A stretch of DNA of 64,000 nucleotides, taken from Balneolaceae bacterium (GTDB lineage Bacteria > Bacteroidota > Rhodothermia > Balneolales > Balneolaceae). A model generated the notes under the pieces. That model saw only the letters and a program-made list of their open reading frames with translations, searched no databases and was not told the DNA's origin. The stretch is from positions 146 to 64,145 of the forward strand of contig REDT01000264.1 of assembly GCA_007693295.1 (NCBI GenBank). Reading direction: 5' to 3'. The position numbers were made by a program, and so were the translations under genes. This document shows positions 40,505-50,687 of the stretch, one piece after another (within the stretch, counting starts at the first letter, position 1; every line of letters starts with the position of its first letter).

Positions 40505-40683
40505 GTGATCTGTAGCCGTAAAGTTTTGAAGAATTAATATTAGTGTTAAACGAGAAGTAAAGATCCCGAAGTATTTTTACAACCAAGTGAAATGAATGGA
40601 TACTGTCTGTAGCGTTTTATTCAGTAATGTAACTGATTAACAACCGAAAAGATTATATCGGTTCCCAAACTTTTAACTAACAG

Positions 40684-41607
40684 TTAATTAAAATCAAGAA
40701 GTGCTTTTCGAATAAATCCATCATGTTTTTGAAGTGCATTTTGGGCTTCATCTTTATCTACATTGGTCAGAGCCATCATCAGGGCTGTTTTAACGTGATT
40801 ATCAGCTGCATCAAGCCAGGCGGAAGATTCATCGTACGAACACTTTGCCAGCATCATTACAATTCGTTTTGCCCTCTCCTCTAGCTTCTTGTTGGTTAAC
40901 TGAAGGTCTACCATAACGTTTTGATACACTTTACCGAGTCGTATCATGGCTCCGGTAGTAAGCATATTCAGTACCATTTTCTGTGCGGTTGCACTTTTCA
41001 TTCTTGTGCTTCCCATAATCACTTCAGGTCCAACCGGGATATCGATCATAAAATCGGCTTTTAACTCTACCTGCTCTTTGGATACTGTGGTAACAAAAAC
41101 AGTGATACAACCTATCTTTCTCGCTTTTTTAATCACGCCGTGAACATAAGGGGTGCGTCCGCTTGCTGCCAAACCAACTATGACGTCATTTTTAGTAACA
41201 TCCAAGCGTTTTACTTCATCTTCACCATACTGTTCACGGTCTTCAGCACCTTCCTGGGCAACAAACATTGCTTTATCACCACCGGCAATAAATCCTTGAA
41301 CGGTTTCAGGATCCGTTCCAAATGTGGGCGGGCACTCTGCCGCATCCAATACACCGAGTCGTCCACTGGTACCTGCACCAAAATAGAGAAGCCTGCCTCC
41401 TGTCTTCAGCTTCTCAACAATAGCGTCAATTGCCCCGGCAATCACATCAAGACGGGTTTCAACAGATTCGGCTACTTTTTTATCCTCATTATTAATAATG
41501 GAGACTATTGTTTTTGAATCAGCCAGATCTATTTCGCTGCTGTTCGTATTTCTCTGTTCTGTAAGCAGCTTCTGTAACTGATTAAATAGCTTTTGATTGG
41601 GTTCCAC
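40684..41607 (-). CDS. murQ: N-acetylmuramic acid 6-phosphate etherase
   Basis: The 307-aa SIS-domain protein contains ..GGRL.YFGAGTSGRLGVLDA.ECPPTFG.. and ..GSTRMKSATAQKMVLNM.., which is the MurQ pattern. Confidence 0.9.
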   Translation of the reverse strand: MEPNQKLFNQLQKLLTEQRNTNSSEIDLADSKTIVSIINNEDKKVAESVETRLDVIAGAIDAIVEKLKTGGRLLYFGAGTSGRLGVLDAAECPPTFGTDPETVQGFIAGGDKAMFVAQEGAEDREQYGEDEVKRLDVTKNDVIVGLAASGRTPYVHGVIKKARKIGCITVFVTTVSKEQVELKADFMIDIPVGPEVIMGSTRMKSATAQKMVLNMLTTGAMIRLGKVYQNVMVDLQLTNKKLEERAKRIVMMLAKCSYDESSAWLDAADNHVKTALMMALTNVDKDEAQNALQKHDGFIRKALLDFN

Positions 41608-41613
41608 GAAAAT

Positions 41614-43101
41614 TTATCGTCTGTTTTTCCACCAGTTGGCGGTCTGTTGTGCCTGTACAGGCCGGGTGTTATTAGCTGTGTGATTCATTTTTGCTCTGAG
41701 AAGTGAAGATACAACAGTAATATTTTCCAAATGATCTTTTTCGAATTGAACCGATGCATTGAAGTGATCTTTTATAAAGTGCGTATCGTATTTACCTGAT
41801 CTGAAAGCGTTGTGATTCAGGGCAAAATCACAAAAAGGAATAGTGGTTCTCACACCGGAAATTTCATACTCTGAAAGCGCGCGAAGCATCTTATCAATGG
41901 CACCCATGCGATCCGGTGCATAGGTACATAGCTTGGAGATCATTGGATCGTAGTTAATGGTTATCTCCTGCCCTTCTTCAACGCCTGCATCAACCCTGAT
42001 GCCCGGCCCGGCGGGTATTCTGTGCTTTTGGAGCTTGCCGGTACTTGGCAAGAAATTGTTCTGAGGGTCTTCCGCATATATCCGGCACTCTATGGCATGC
42101 CCTTTAAACTTTATATCATCTTGTGTAAAAGGAAGCTGTTTGCCTTCTGCTATATCTATTTGAAGTGAAACAAGATCAAGACCGGTAATTAATTCTGTAA
42201 CCGGATGCTCTACCTGAAGCCGGGTGTTCATCTCCAGAAAAAAGTAGTTCATGTGCTTGTCGAGAAGGAACTCGATGGTGCCGGCACCAACGTAGTTGCA
42301 TGCTTTTGCCGCCTCCACAGCATCTTTTCCCATAGCTGCTCGCAGCTCTTCAGTTAAAACTGAGGAGGGGGCCTCTTCAATTACCTTTTGATGACGCCTC
42401 TGAATTGAGCACTCCCTTTCATAAAGGTGTACGACATTACCGTGGGTATCTGCCAATATTTGAAATTCTATATGCCGCGGCTCTTCAAGGTATTTCTCAA
42501 CATAAACCCTGTCATCACCAAAAGCATTTTTAGCTTCCGACTTAGCTGCTTTCACACTCTTCACAAAGTCAGCTGCATTATCAACAATTCGCATACCCTT
42601 ACCCCCGCCCCCTGCTGCAGCTTTTATTAAGACAGGATATCCTATCTTAAGTGCAACTTTCTTGGCCTCATCAATATCATTCATTGCTGATTCCGTACCC
42701 GGCGGAAATGGCACGTTCGCGTTAGCCATAAGTTCTCTTGCCTTCGTCTTATCACCCATCACTTCAATGGCGTGTGGATTTGGGCCAATAAATATAATTC
42801 CGTTATCGACGCACTCTTTGGCGAAAGAAGAATTTTCACTTAAAAATCCATAGCCGGGATGAATGGCGTCTGCATTTGTCTCTTTAGCGGCATCAATGAT
42901 CTTTTTTGTAACAAGATAACTGTCGGATGATGCAGCTTCGCCAATAAACACCGATTCATCAGCAGCCAGTACATGGGGCGAAACCGAGTCTGGTCTGGAG
43001 TAAACCGCAACGGTTTTTATGTTTTTTTCACGGCAGGTTCTGATTATTCGCAATGCAATTTCACCACGATTGGCAACGAGAACTTTTTTTATTGATATCA
43101 T
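41614..43101 (-). CDS. accC: Biotin carboxylase (acetyl/acyl-CoA carboxylase subunit)
   Basis: The 495-aa ATP-grasp protein contains KAAAGGGGKGMR and EMNTRLQVEHPVTE. No accB or carboxyltransferase gene lies next to it, so the acyl-CoA specificity is open. Confidence 0.85.
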   Translation of the reverse strand: MISIKKVLVANRGEIALRIIRTCREKNIKTVAVYSRPDSVSPHVLAADESVFIGEAASSDSYLVTKKIIDAAKETNADAIHPGYGFLSENSSFAKECVDNGIIFIGPNPHAIEVMGDKTKARELMANANVPFPPGTESAMNDIDEAKKVALKIGYPVLIKAAAGGGGKGMRIVDNAADFVKSVKAAKSEAKNAFGDDRVYVEKYLEEPRHIEFQILADTHGNVVHLYERECSIQRRHQKVIEEAPSSVLTEELRAAMGKDAVEAAKACNYVGAGTIEFLLDKHMNYFFLEMNTRLQVEHPVTELITGLDLVSLQIDIAEGKQLPFTQDDIKFKGHAIECRIYAEDPQNNFLPSTGKLQKHRIPAGPGIRVDAGVEEGQEITINYDPMISKLCTYAPDRMGAIDKMLRALSEYEISGVRTTIPFCDFALNHNAFRSGKYDTHFIKDHFNASVQFEKDHLENITVVSSLLRAKMNHTANNTRPVQAQQTANWWKNRR

Positions 43102-43110
43102 TATGATCGT

Positions 43111-43824
43111 TTACAACAAATTTGCTTTGAATGTGGATGGAATCAGTGACCAAATGTTATCTGTTTCTTCACTCAATACGGAGTGTTGGTGTTCGATATA
43201 CTTCATCCAGAGTATATCACTCATTTTTAATGTTTGATCCCTGTTCGGGTCATTAAGATAACTGATTAAGCGAATATCTACTGAAGAAATTGCTTTTAAA
43301 AGTGCCGTATCATTTAAATTCGGCATAAACTCTATCGGGTTGTTATAGTAACTGTTCTCGTCCTTAAAACCATCCAGGTGAACATTGATATCGTAGTAAC
43401 CCGACATCGAGATCAATCTGTTAAATGAGTATGGATATTTAAGTGCAAAAATTAAAGCCTGGTAGGCACCTAAACCTGAACCTGCTGATATAAGGTAAGG
43501 ATTTGCGTTTTCTTCAGATATAAATGGCAACACTTCATCCATGATATACATCTGATATTGATTTTCGCGCATTAACCTTACATAAGGGTCCACGTCTTTA
43601 TTGAAATAGCTTTCATAGGCAACACTGTCCACACAGAAGAATTGATTATATCCATTTTCAATCTGCTCTTGAACTTCACCCATAACTCCCTGGTCTTCCC
43701 ATTCATTGAACCTGCCATGATCGGAAGGGAATATTAGGACAGGTGTACCTCCAGTCCCGAATATCAGGATCTCCATATCTCTCCCCAGACTTGGACTTTT
43801 CCATTTGCGGTATTCTCTTTGCAT
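43111..43824 (-). CDS. Putative esterase-family (alpha/beta hydrolase) protein
   Basis: The 237-aa ORF has the general layout of esterase D / putative-esterase proteins (..ILIFGTGGTPVLIFPS.., ..ISAGSGLGAYQAL..). The nucleophile elbow is atypical, so activity is uncertain. Confidence 0.6.
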   Translation of the reverse strand: MQREYRKWKSPSLGRDMEILIFGTGGTPVLIFPSDHGRFNEWEDQGVMGEVQEQIENGYNQFFCVDSVAYESYFNKDVDPYVRLMRENQYQMYIMDEVLPFISEENANPYLISAGSGLGAYQALIFALKYPYSFNRLISMSGYYDINVHLDGFKDENSYYNNPIEFMPNLNDTALLKAISSVDIRLISYLNDPNRDQTLKMSDILWMKYIEHQHSVLSEETDNIWSLIPSTFKANLL

Positions 43825-43923
43825 GATTTTTTTTTTGAGTTAATGGATAACTATCATGCAAGATATAAGAAAAATAAAACTTCTGTAAGCGCTTTTCTGT
43901 TAAATGGAATTATTTTTCGCCAT

Positions 43924-44895
43924 TTACCTGCTTCGCAGGCTTAACATTACCTTTGGCACCATGGAGAGCTTCTCGGTTGAGTTTAAAAAAGCTCGTTGGC
44001 GAAACACATTATATCCGTTTTCCTCAATTTTATTCAGTATCCGGCTGTAATTTGCACGGGCAAGTCCAACAGGCAGGCGGCTGTCTCTATTCAACATGCC
44101 TATGCCACGATCAGCACTTTCATAATATTTTTTAGCTCTGCCAATTTGAAACTTCATAAATTCAATAAAGTTTTCCGACATATTATGATTAAACAGGTCC
44201 TCTTCTGTTACCCCAAAACGGTCTAATTCATCTTTTGGCAAGTAGATTCTGTTTTTTGTAAGATCTTCGCCAACGTCTCGTAAAATATTGGTCAGCTGCA
44301 TGGCTATACCAAGATCTACGGCATGTTCTACGGCTTTTGGGTTTTCATATCCAAATACTTCACTGGTCATCAAACCCACAACAGAGGCCACTTTGTATGA
44401 GTATTCATAGAGCTCATCAAATGTAGCATAGCGGTCTTTGGTTAAATCCATCTTAACCCCTTCCATCAATAGCATTGGAAATTTGATTGAAATATTGAAG
44501 CTGTTTAGGGTATCAGAGAAGGCAAGCATAATGGGGTCGCTTTGCTCATTACCATTGTATGTGTTTATAAGCTTCTCTTTAAAATGGTCGAGCTTTACCA
44601 GGATTTCCTCACAGGTAATTTTCTGCTGAAGCATCAAATCTTCACTTTCATCGACTAAATCATCCAGATAACGACACAACCCATATATAGCAAAAATGCT
44701 GCGCTGCTTATGGTTGGGCAAAAAACGAGTTGCCATATAGAACGTTTTGGCATGCAAACGGGTCATTGATCTGCAGTGATCATAGGCGTGCATCAATTCT
44801 TCGTCCTTGATCTCGGTAATAACCGATTTATGAAAGTTCGTTCTTTCATAAAATGGACGGATCATCGTTATTGGAAATTTTAAAATACTCGACAT
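43924..44895 (-). CDS. crtB: Phytoene/squalene synthase family protein
   Basis: The 323-aa ORF has both Asp-rich motifs (..CRYLDDLVDE.. and ..ILRDVGEDL..). The start may instead be the Met 10 codons downstream. Confidence 0.78.
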   Translation of the reverse strand: MSSILKFPITMIRPFYERTNFHKSVITEIKDEELMHAYDHCRSMTRLHAKTFYMATRFLPNHKQRSIFAIYGLCRYLDDLVDESEDLMLQQKITCEEILVKLDHFKEKLINTYNGNEQSDPIMLAFSDTLNSFNISIKFPMLLMEGVKMDLTKDRYATFDELYEYSYKVASVVGLMTSEVFGYENPKAVEHAVDLGIAMQLTNILRDVGEDLTKNRIYLPKDELDRFGVTEEDLFNHNMSENFIEFMKFQIGRAKKYYESADRGIGMLNRDSRLPVGLARANYSRILNKIEENGYNVFRQRAFLNSTEKLSMVPKVMLSLRSR

Positions 44896-45090
44896 AATGT
44901 ATAACGCTCCACATATGAATTGAGTTGGTAATTAGTATAAGCAATGCTTCTACGTGCTCAAATAGTTCCCGTTTATTTAATTTTTTAAGTAATCATTAAT
45001 TTCTTTCTGTCATTTTTAGTTCAACCGATTTAAGAGTATTTTCATCATTGCTTTTATTTGCTCTCTATTTAATTTCAATACGGTGATTCG

Positions 45091-46116
45091 ATGAAATCCA
45101 AACACAAAAAAATTACAATATATCAGGTAGCTCAGCGTGCAGGAGTTGCAATATCTACGGTTTCAAGGGTCATTAATAATTCGCCAAATGTATCCAAGAA
45201 AACCAAGGATAAAGTTAATGAAGCCATAAATGATCTGAATTTCAGACCCCAGGTGAGCGCGCGTAAACTTGCCAGCCGTGAACCTCAAATGCTGGCCATT
45301 GCTGTTCCTTCGTTTACAACACCCTACTACAATGAAGTACTGAAAGGTGTAAAGGACGAGATCAGAGAGATGGACCTGGATATCGTGATCTATAATACCG
45401 GTTCAAAGAACCCAAAAGAGGGTATTGAGAACTTTTTCCACAGAGGAACCGCTGATACAGTTATAACGATTAGTATAGATATCGACGAAAATGTACATCG
45501 CCAGTTACAATCTTCTGAAATACCCATTGTACTGATCGGAAGCTCACACCCCGACTATAATTATTTTGAATTAAATAACAGAAAAGGTGGATTTTTAGCA
45601 GGTGAACATCTTATTAAACAGGGTTATAAAAAATTGGGGTTTATAACACCGGCAATTGAAACAAAAGCTGCCAATTACAGAAAACAGGGGTTTTTAGATG
45701 CCCTGCATGAGTTTAAGATGCCTGTAATTGAAAAGTTTTTTCTGTCAGGTGACAGTACAAAACATGCCGGTTTCACAGAAGAAGCCGGTTTTGAAGCCAT
45801 TTTTAAATATGATAAAATGGGCGAATTTCCGGATGCAATCTTCTGCTCCAGTGATACTCAAGCCATTGGCGCTTACCATGCGCTGAATAAGCTTGGTATT
45901 AAAGTTCCGGAAGATATTGGCATAATGGGTTACGATAATATCAAATTTTCAAGGTACCTGGACCTCACCACCATCGATCAGAAAATGTATTCTGTTGGTG
46001 TAATGGCTACAAAAAGGCTGGCCGAAATTATTCGTCATCAACCCGAAGACAAGGTTCAGGAAACGATAGACCCTGTTTTGATTGCCAGGAATTCGACCAA
46101 AAAATCAAATACGTAG
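45091..46116 (+). CDS. LacI-family transcriptional regulator
   Basis: It has an N-terminal HTH (ITIYQVAQRAGVAISTVSRVINN) and a periplasmic-binding-protein-like effector domain. Confidence 0.9.
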   Translation: MKSKHKKITIYQVAQRAGVAISTVSRVINNSPNVSKKTKDKVNEAINDLNFRPQVSARKLASREPQMLAIAVPSFTTPYYNEVLKGVKDEIREMDLDIVIYNTGSKNPKEGIENFFHRGTADTVITISIDIDENVHRQLQSSEIPIVLIGSSHPDYNYFELNNRKGGFLAGEHLIKQGYKKLGFITPAIETKAANYRKQGFLDALHEFKMPVIEKFFLSGDSTKHAGFTEEAGFEAIFKYDKMGEFPDAIFCSSDTQAIGAYHALNKLGIKVPEDIGIMGYDNIKFSRYLDLTTIDQKMYSVGVMATKRLAEIIRHQPEDKVQETIDPVLIARNSTKKSNT

Positions 46117-46127
46117 TAGTTTAGTTA

Positions 46128-47084
46128 ATGATTGATCAAAAAGAGGCCCTGGAGAACTGCATTACCACCTCAAATGCTACTCTGCCTTCTGAGCCGTACA
46201 GGGGTAAAGTTCGCGATGTTTATACGCTGAATCACAAGATGCTGGGCATCGTTGTAACCGATCGGATTTCCGCTTTTGATCATATCATGAAGCAGGCTAT
46301 TCCATTTAAGGGGCAGATACTGAATCAGCTATCTGCTTTTTCATTTGACAAGGTAAAAGAGATCGTACCCAACCACCTGCTGGCTGTGCCTCACCCTAAT
46401 GTCACCATTGCGAAAAAATGCGACCCTATCCCAATTGAAGTCGTCATTCGCGGATATTTAACCGGTCATGCCTGGAGAACGTATAAATCGGGTAAGCGAG
46501 AGCTGTGCGGGGTTAAACTTCCGGGAGGTATGGTAGAGCATCAGCGTTTTGACTCACCCATTCTTACTCCGGCAACTAAAGCCACGGAAGGTCATGATGA
46601 GGATATATCTGAAGATGAGATATTAAATCAAAATATTGTGGACGAGTCCCTTTGGAATCAAATAAGGGCTGTAGCTTTTCAACTTTTTGATTTGGGAACT
46701 GAAGTAGCTGCAAAGAGAGGCCTTATTCTTGTAGATACTAAATATGAATTTGGTATGTACGAGGGGGAGTTGACGTTAATCGACGAGGTTCACACATCCG
46801 ATTCTTCACGTTATTTCTATGCGGATGGATATGAACAGCGATTGAAGGAGGGTAAACCTCAAAAGCAGCTGTCGAAAGAGTTTTTGCGGGAGTGGCTGAT
46901 GGAGCACGATTTCCAGGGACTGGAGGGACAAGAACTTCCAAACCTCCCAGACACCTTCCGCTGGAGCATCTACCAGCGTTATGCAGAGCTATATAACACA
47001 TTGACAGGCGAACAGTTCGAACCACGGATTATAAAGAACTTTGATGAAGAGCTCGACTCAATTTTTATTGAGTATAAAGGATAG
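46128..47084 (+). CDS. purC: Phosphoribosylaminoimidazole-succinocarboxamide synthase
   Basis: This is a 318-aa long-form SAICAR synthetase (..GKVRDVY.., ..DRISAFD.., ..LILVDTKYEFG..DE..TSDSSR). Confidence 0.92.
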   Translation: MIDQKEALENCITTSNATLPSEPYRGKVRDVYTLNHKMLGIVVTDRISAFDHIMKQAIPFKGQILNQLSAFSFDKVKEIVPNHLLAVPHPNVTIAKKCDPIPIEVVIRGYLTGHAWRTYKSGKRELCGVKLPGGMVEHQRFDSPILTPATKATEGHDEDISEDEILNQNIVDESLWNQIRAVAFQLFDLGTEVAAKRGLILVDTKYEFGMYEGELTLIDEVHTSDSSRYFYADGYEQRLKEGKPQKQLSKEFLREWLMEHDFQGLEGQELPNLPDTFRWSIYQRYAELYNTLTGEQFEPRIIKNFDEELDSIFIEYKG

Positions 47085-47088
47085 GAAA

Positions 47089-47874
47089 CTATAAATCCTT
47101 TTTGACCGCAATAAATGCAGTGTGGTAGTGAACAACTATTTTTCCGCCATTTTGTTGAAGCCAGTAGCTATTTAGAAGTCTTAACTGTTTCGGGGTCAGT
47201 TTTTTCCCGGTAAAACTGGTTGATGTACCGGTGTTTTTCATGTGCCTGAAAAAAGTAAACAGATTCTCAAACTGTTCGCTGGATTGATCTTCATAAAAAT
47301 CGACTTTTACAGGTCCTGTCGATAGGTTTATCACAAGCTTTTCTACATCCGGCAAGGGGTTAACGGTAAATGGTAATCCCAGTTCAAGACAGTACTTCTT
47401 CCATTGCGGATACGACTCACTTCCGGGAAATGACATCAGCATAAAACCACCCGGTTTCAATGAATTTGCCATTTTGGACAGAGCCATCGATGGGTCTTTA
47501 AGCCATTGAGCAACAAAATTCCCCGTAATCATCGAATAGTAATCTTCAGGCCAATCATAATCTTCAATATCGATGATTTCAAAATCTATGTGCCCGGAAT
47601 CGCCAAAACTGTTCCTGCAAAAATCCACCATTTCAGGAGATGCATCAGAAATAATGATACGCTCTCTATTGAACATTTGAACAAGATGCTTGGTGAAAAA
47701 CCCTGTTCCCGCCCCTACCTCTAAGATTGGTCCGGGCGGAATGGAATATTGCCAAGGCTCCAGTGCACGTGCCATTCTTTTCGCGGTTTCCTTTTGCAGA
47801 TTGGCATGTTCCGAATAGTAGCTAACTGAATCAGAAAAAGCTTTCAGCATCACTTTCTTGTTATAATCTATCAT
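47089..47874 (-). CDS. bioC: Class I SAM-dependent methyltransferase, probable malonyl-ACP O-methyltransferase
   Basis: It has the SAM motif ILEVGAGTGFFTKHL, a BioC-like N-terminus (..FS.SVSYY.EHANLQKE.A..) and an ATGA overlap with the upstream alpha/beta hydrolase gene. Confidence 0.7.
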   Translation of the reverse strand: MIDYNKKVMLKAFSDSVSYYSEHANLQKETAKRMARALEPWQYSIPPGPILEVGAGTGFFTKHLVQMFNRERIIISDASPEMVDFCRNSFGDSGHIDFEIIDIEDYDWPEDYYSMITGNFVAQWLKDPSMALSKMANSLKPGGFMLMSFPGSESYPQWKKYCLELGLPFTVNPLPDVEKLVINLSTGPVKVDFYEDQSSEQFENLFTFFRHMKNTGTSTSFTGKKLTPKQLRLLNSYWLQQNGGKIVVHYHTAFIAVKKDL

Positions 47875-48611
47875 CTGCTTATCGTGTTTGTAATTCTGGT
47901 GTCGATAATTGACCGTAATATTTCAACACACTTATCGGCATGTGTAACCGGAAAAGCGTGGCCAGCCTTTAATAGTTCAAAATATTGGCTTCTGTATCGT
48001 AACGCATTAAACATTTTTCGGGCCTTTTTTTTGCTTACCAACCTGTCTTCTGAGCCGTGAAGAATAGTGATATTGTCAAGATCAAAAAAACGCTGATGAG
48101 AATGTTTGTCCCTATCCATCATACTCAGATCAGAAAGCAACAGATCGTGATTCAGTATACCTGGGATCTCTAAATTATTTTTTATCGGTGAAAAGGCTAA
48201 ATCGTAATAATCACTGAGCACTTTTTCAGGAGCGTCAACAAATTGCGCCTGCATCTGTCTCATCAGTAATTTCGATTTCCTGTAGAGGTCCATGTCTACC
48301 GGATGAAAGTTTAAATACCCGCTAAATGTAACCAGATGATCGGCCTGATCAATCAGGTTACTGTTGCACCATTGAAGCCCGCCGGAGTGGGCAAAAATAA
48401 CTTTTAAATCTTTATCCCGATCAAATTCGGTTTGCACTGCTGTTGAAAAGTATCCTCTGTCTGCAGCATCAAACTGCACCCGATCTCCCAGTTTATCTTT
48501 TATTGAACTCCAAAATGCTGCTGAAAAACCCCATCCATGAAATGCTAATATATGAATGGCCGGTTTGTAACTCATCGGTTTTGAGGTCTGTTTGGGAAAT
48601 TGGCCATGCAA
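47871..48611 (-). CDS. Alpha/beta hydrolase, BioH-like candidate pimeloyl-ACP methyl ester esterase
   Basis: It has HGWG near the N-terminus, the elbow AHSGG and a C-terminal GHAFP His. It is translationally coupled to the bioC-like gene. The start may be the Met at 48575. Confidence 0.6.
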   Translation of the reverse strand: MHGQFPKQTSKPMSYKPAIHILAFHGWGFSAAFWSSIKDKLGDRVQFDAADRGYFSTAVQTEFDRDKDLKVIFAHSGGLQWCNSNLIDQADHLVTFSGYLNFHPVDMDLYRKSKLLMRQMQAQFVDAPEKVLSDYYDLAFSPIKNNLEIPGILNHDLLLSDLSMMDRDKHSHQRFFDLDNITILHGSEDRLVSKKKARKMFNALRYRSQYFELLKAGHAFPVTHADKCVEILRSIIDTRITNTISR

Positions 48612-48612
48612 A

Positions 48613-48645
48613 GTACAGATCTGATCAGGTTGATGTGATCTGTAC
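48613..48645 (-). terminator. Possible terminator hairpin at the end of the trp / lipoprotein transcription unit
   Basis: A perfect 9-bp stem GTACAGATC-(15 nt)-GATCTGTAC lies 62-94 nt downstream of the lipoprotein stop. On the minus strand it is followed only by UUUG, so it is not a canonical U-tract terminator. Confidence 0.3.
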
Positions 48646-48706
48646 TGTACAATCTGATTTATGAATCAAACTCAGGTTTATGATAACTGCGTTATCAGCA
48701 AAATTA

Positions 48707-49810
48707 CTAATTCAACCTGTTAGTGATGGCGTTCTGCCTATCGCTGTTCCATGTTGAATCGGATTCAAAGGTTCTGCCCATTGCCTGAAATTGGCGCACA
48801 AATCTTCTCTTGTTTACGCTTGGGGCAAATTGCCAGTATTCAACCATAAACAATCGTTCAGTTTCAGGATCATAATATGTGAAATTGACAAAAGGCCCAC
48901 CCATAAAGTTACCTGTCATCCTCCATGTACCCAGTGTTTCATAACCAATAATCCGATCATCTCTATCTATTGGATTGGTCAGAACCGGACGCCCGAATTC
49001 TGTGGTTACATAAGAGTTCTCCCGTTCCCCCCTCATGTAGAGTTCCATAAGGGAGTCGCGTGTAGCGTTAATCCATTGGCTATCCAAGAAATCAATATCC
49101 GGCACATCATCTTTCCACCATGCCCACATACGTCGATTGTTGTCCGGCAGATATCTGGCAAATACAACCGCATTTGCAGAGTCTGCAATCTGTATGTAAT
49201 CGTGCTGCATTCTTACTTTCCAGCCAGCTTTTTCCCAAAGAGAGTCGCTGATTGCAACCTGCTCTCCCCTTCGGAATACTTCCTGCTTACGCCGTTCAAA
49301 CTCCCGGTTCTCCAGGTGGCTGACAAGTGAAGTTTCGGAGTTACGAATTTTTTCAGCCAGTTCAGCGTCACTGGTTGATGAGAGAATGAGAACCCATTGA
49401 TCCCGTACCCACCGGTCTTCTATAGGAAAAGCAAAACTTTCGCCCTCTCGTATTCTATTTTCTACATCAGAGCTTAAAATAGCCCTGATAAACGTACCCA
49501 CATTAGTCTGTTCATCAATAGTGGCAGCAAAAATAACATTCTTGTATTCTCTGAGCCTGTCGAGCTGTTGATTATTTCTAAAGTCACGAAATGTGAGGGT
49601 ATATCTCGGTTCAAACGCACCGGGCAGAGTTTCAATACCGGCTCCAAAAGTCTCTTCAATGGCCAAAGCAGCCTCACTATCCCACTGTGTAGAGTCCATA
49701 ACTACTATAACCTCGTCGATACTGCCAATCGACATCGGCCTGTAGTCACTTTCACACGCATTTAAAAAAAAGAGAGCCACAATGGGGAGTACCAGGAATA
49801 TTTTTTTCAT
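48707..49810 (-). CDS. Lipoprotein of unknown function (DUF4837-like by recollection)
   Basis: The ORF is open from 49840, but the second Met (49810) starts a classical lipoprotein signal, MKKIFLVLPIVALFFLNAC. It lies directly downstream of trpA on the same strand. Confidence 0.65.
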   Translation of the reverse strand: MKKIFLVLPIVALFFLNACESDYRPMSIGSIDEVIVVMDSTQWDSEAALAIEETFGAGIETLPGAFEPRYTLTFRDFRNNQQLDRLREYKNVIFAATIDEQTNVGTFIRAILSSDVENRIREGESFAFPIEDRWVRDQWVLILSSTSDAELAEKIRNSETSLVSHLENREFERRKQEVFRRGEQVAISDSLWEKAGWKVRMQHDYIQIADSANAVVFARYLPDNNRRMWAWWKDDVPDIDFLDSQWINATRDSLMELYMRGERENSYVTTEFGRPVLTNPIDRDDRIIGYETLGTWRMTGNFMGGPFVNFTYYDPETERLFMVEYWQFAPSVNKRRFVRQFQAMGRTFESDSTWNSDRQNAITNRLN

Positions 49811-49836
49811 AGTTTTTAACGTCTCGGGTGAATAAG

Positions 49837-50652
49837 TCATTCAATATTTCCAAATTTCAATTCTTTAACAAACAGAAAAACGTTCTGTTGCCAATCTTTA
49901 TTGGGATAATGATTGCGAATTGTATCAATTAATGCGCTTCCAACAATAAATCCATCAACTTTTTTGGATATCAGCTGAGCATCCTCATAGTTCTTGATGC
50001 CAAACCCTACAAGTTTGGGGTTCCGTTTTACATTGGTTTTTACCCGGTCAATAAATCTTTCAACCGATTGCGCTACCTCTTCACCCTTGCGAGCGCCTGT
50101 GACGCCCGTAACGGACACGCAGTAGACAAAGCCGCTACTATGTTGATCCACCTGCTGCATTCGATTGTCGGTTGAATTTGGAGCCACAAGGTAGATCATA
50201 TCCAACCCGTGTTTGCCGGCAGATTCAGATACAATTGATGACTCTTCAAGAGGGGCATCCGGAATAATCAAACCGTCTACTCCGCTCTCTTCTGCCTCAC
50301 TGCAAAACTTCTCCACACCGTATCTCAAAATAGGGTTGATATATCCCATCAAAATGATCGGTATCTGAGACTGCTTTCGAACTTCGCGAACCATCTCAAA
50401 AATCTTCTTCATGGTTATCCCGTTCTCAATAGCCACATTACTGGCAAGCTGGATTGTAGGCCCATCAGCCAGAGGATCGCTAAAAGGCATTCCAAGCTCT
50501 ATGATATCGGCACCGTTTTTTTCGAAACCGAGAATAAGGTCTACCGTCGATTCCAAATCAGGATAACCGGCTGTGATAAACAGCGACATAATCTTTTCGT
50601 CGCTATTTCTCGTTTCAAAAACTGTTTGTATTCGGGAAGTTTTGGTAGTCAT
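49837..50652 (-). CDS. trpA: Tryptophan synthase alpha chain
   Basis: The 271-aa ORF contains ..GADIIELGMPFSDPLADGPTIQ.. and ..GF.YCVS..GVTG. Confidence 0.95.
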   Translation of the reverse strand: MTTKTSRIQTVFETRNSDEKIMSLFITAGYPDLESTVDLILGFEKNGADIIELGMPFSDPLADGPTIQLASNVAIENGITMKKIFEMVREVRKQSQIPIILMGYINPILRYGVEKFCSEAEESGVDGLIIPDAPLEESSIVSESAGKHGLDMIYLVAPNSTDNRMQQVDQHSSGFVYCVSVTGVTGARKGEEVAQSVERFIDRVKTNVKRNPKLVGFGIKNYEDAQLISKKVDGFIVGSALIDTIRNHYPNKDWQQNVFLFVKELKFGNIE

Positions 50653-50687
50653 TGATTTTAAAAAATAAGTTGAGTTTGCAAAGAAAG

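Noticed and set aside
43111-43824. Esterase with a non-canonical nucleophile elbow (AGSGLG instead of GxSxG) as a possible pseudoenzyme
   Set aside because: My by-eye alignment of the elbow is not reliable enough, since a 1-2-residue shift changes the conclusion. It needs a profile alignment before anything is claimed.
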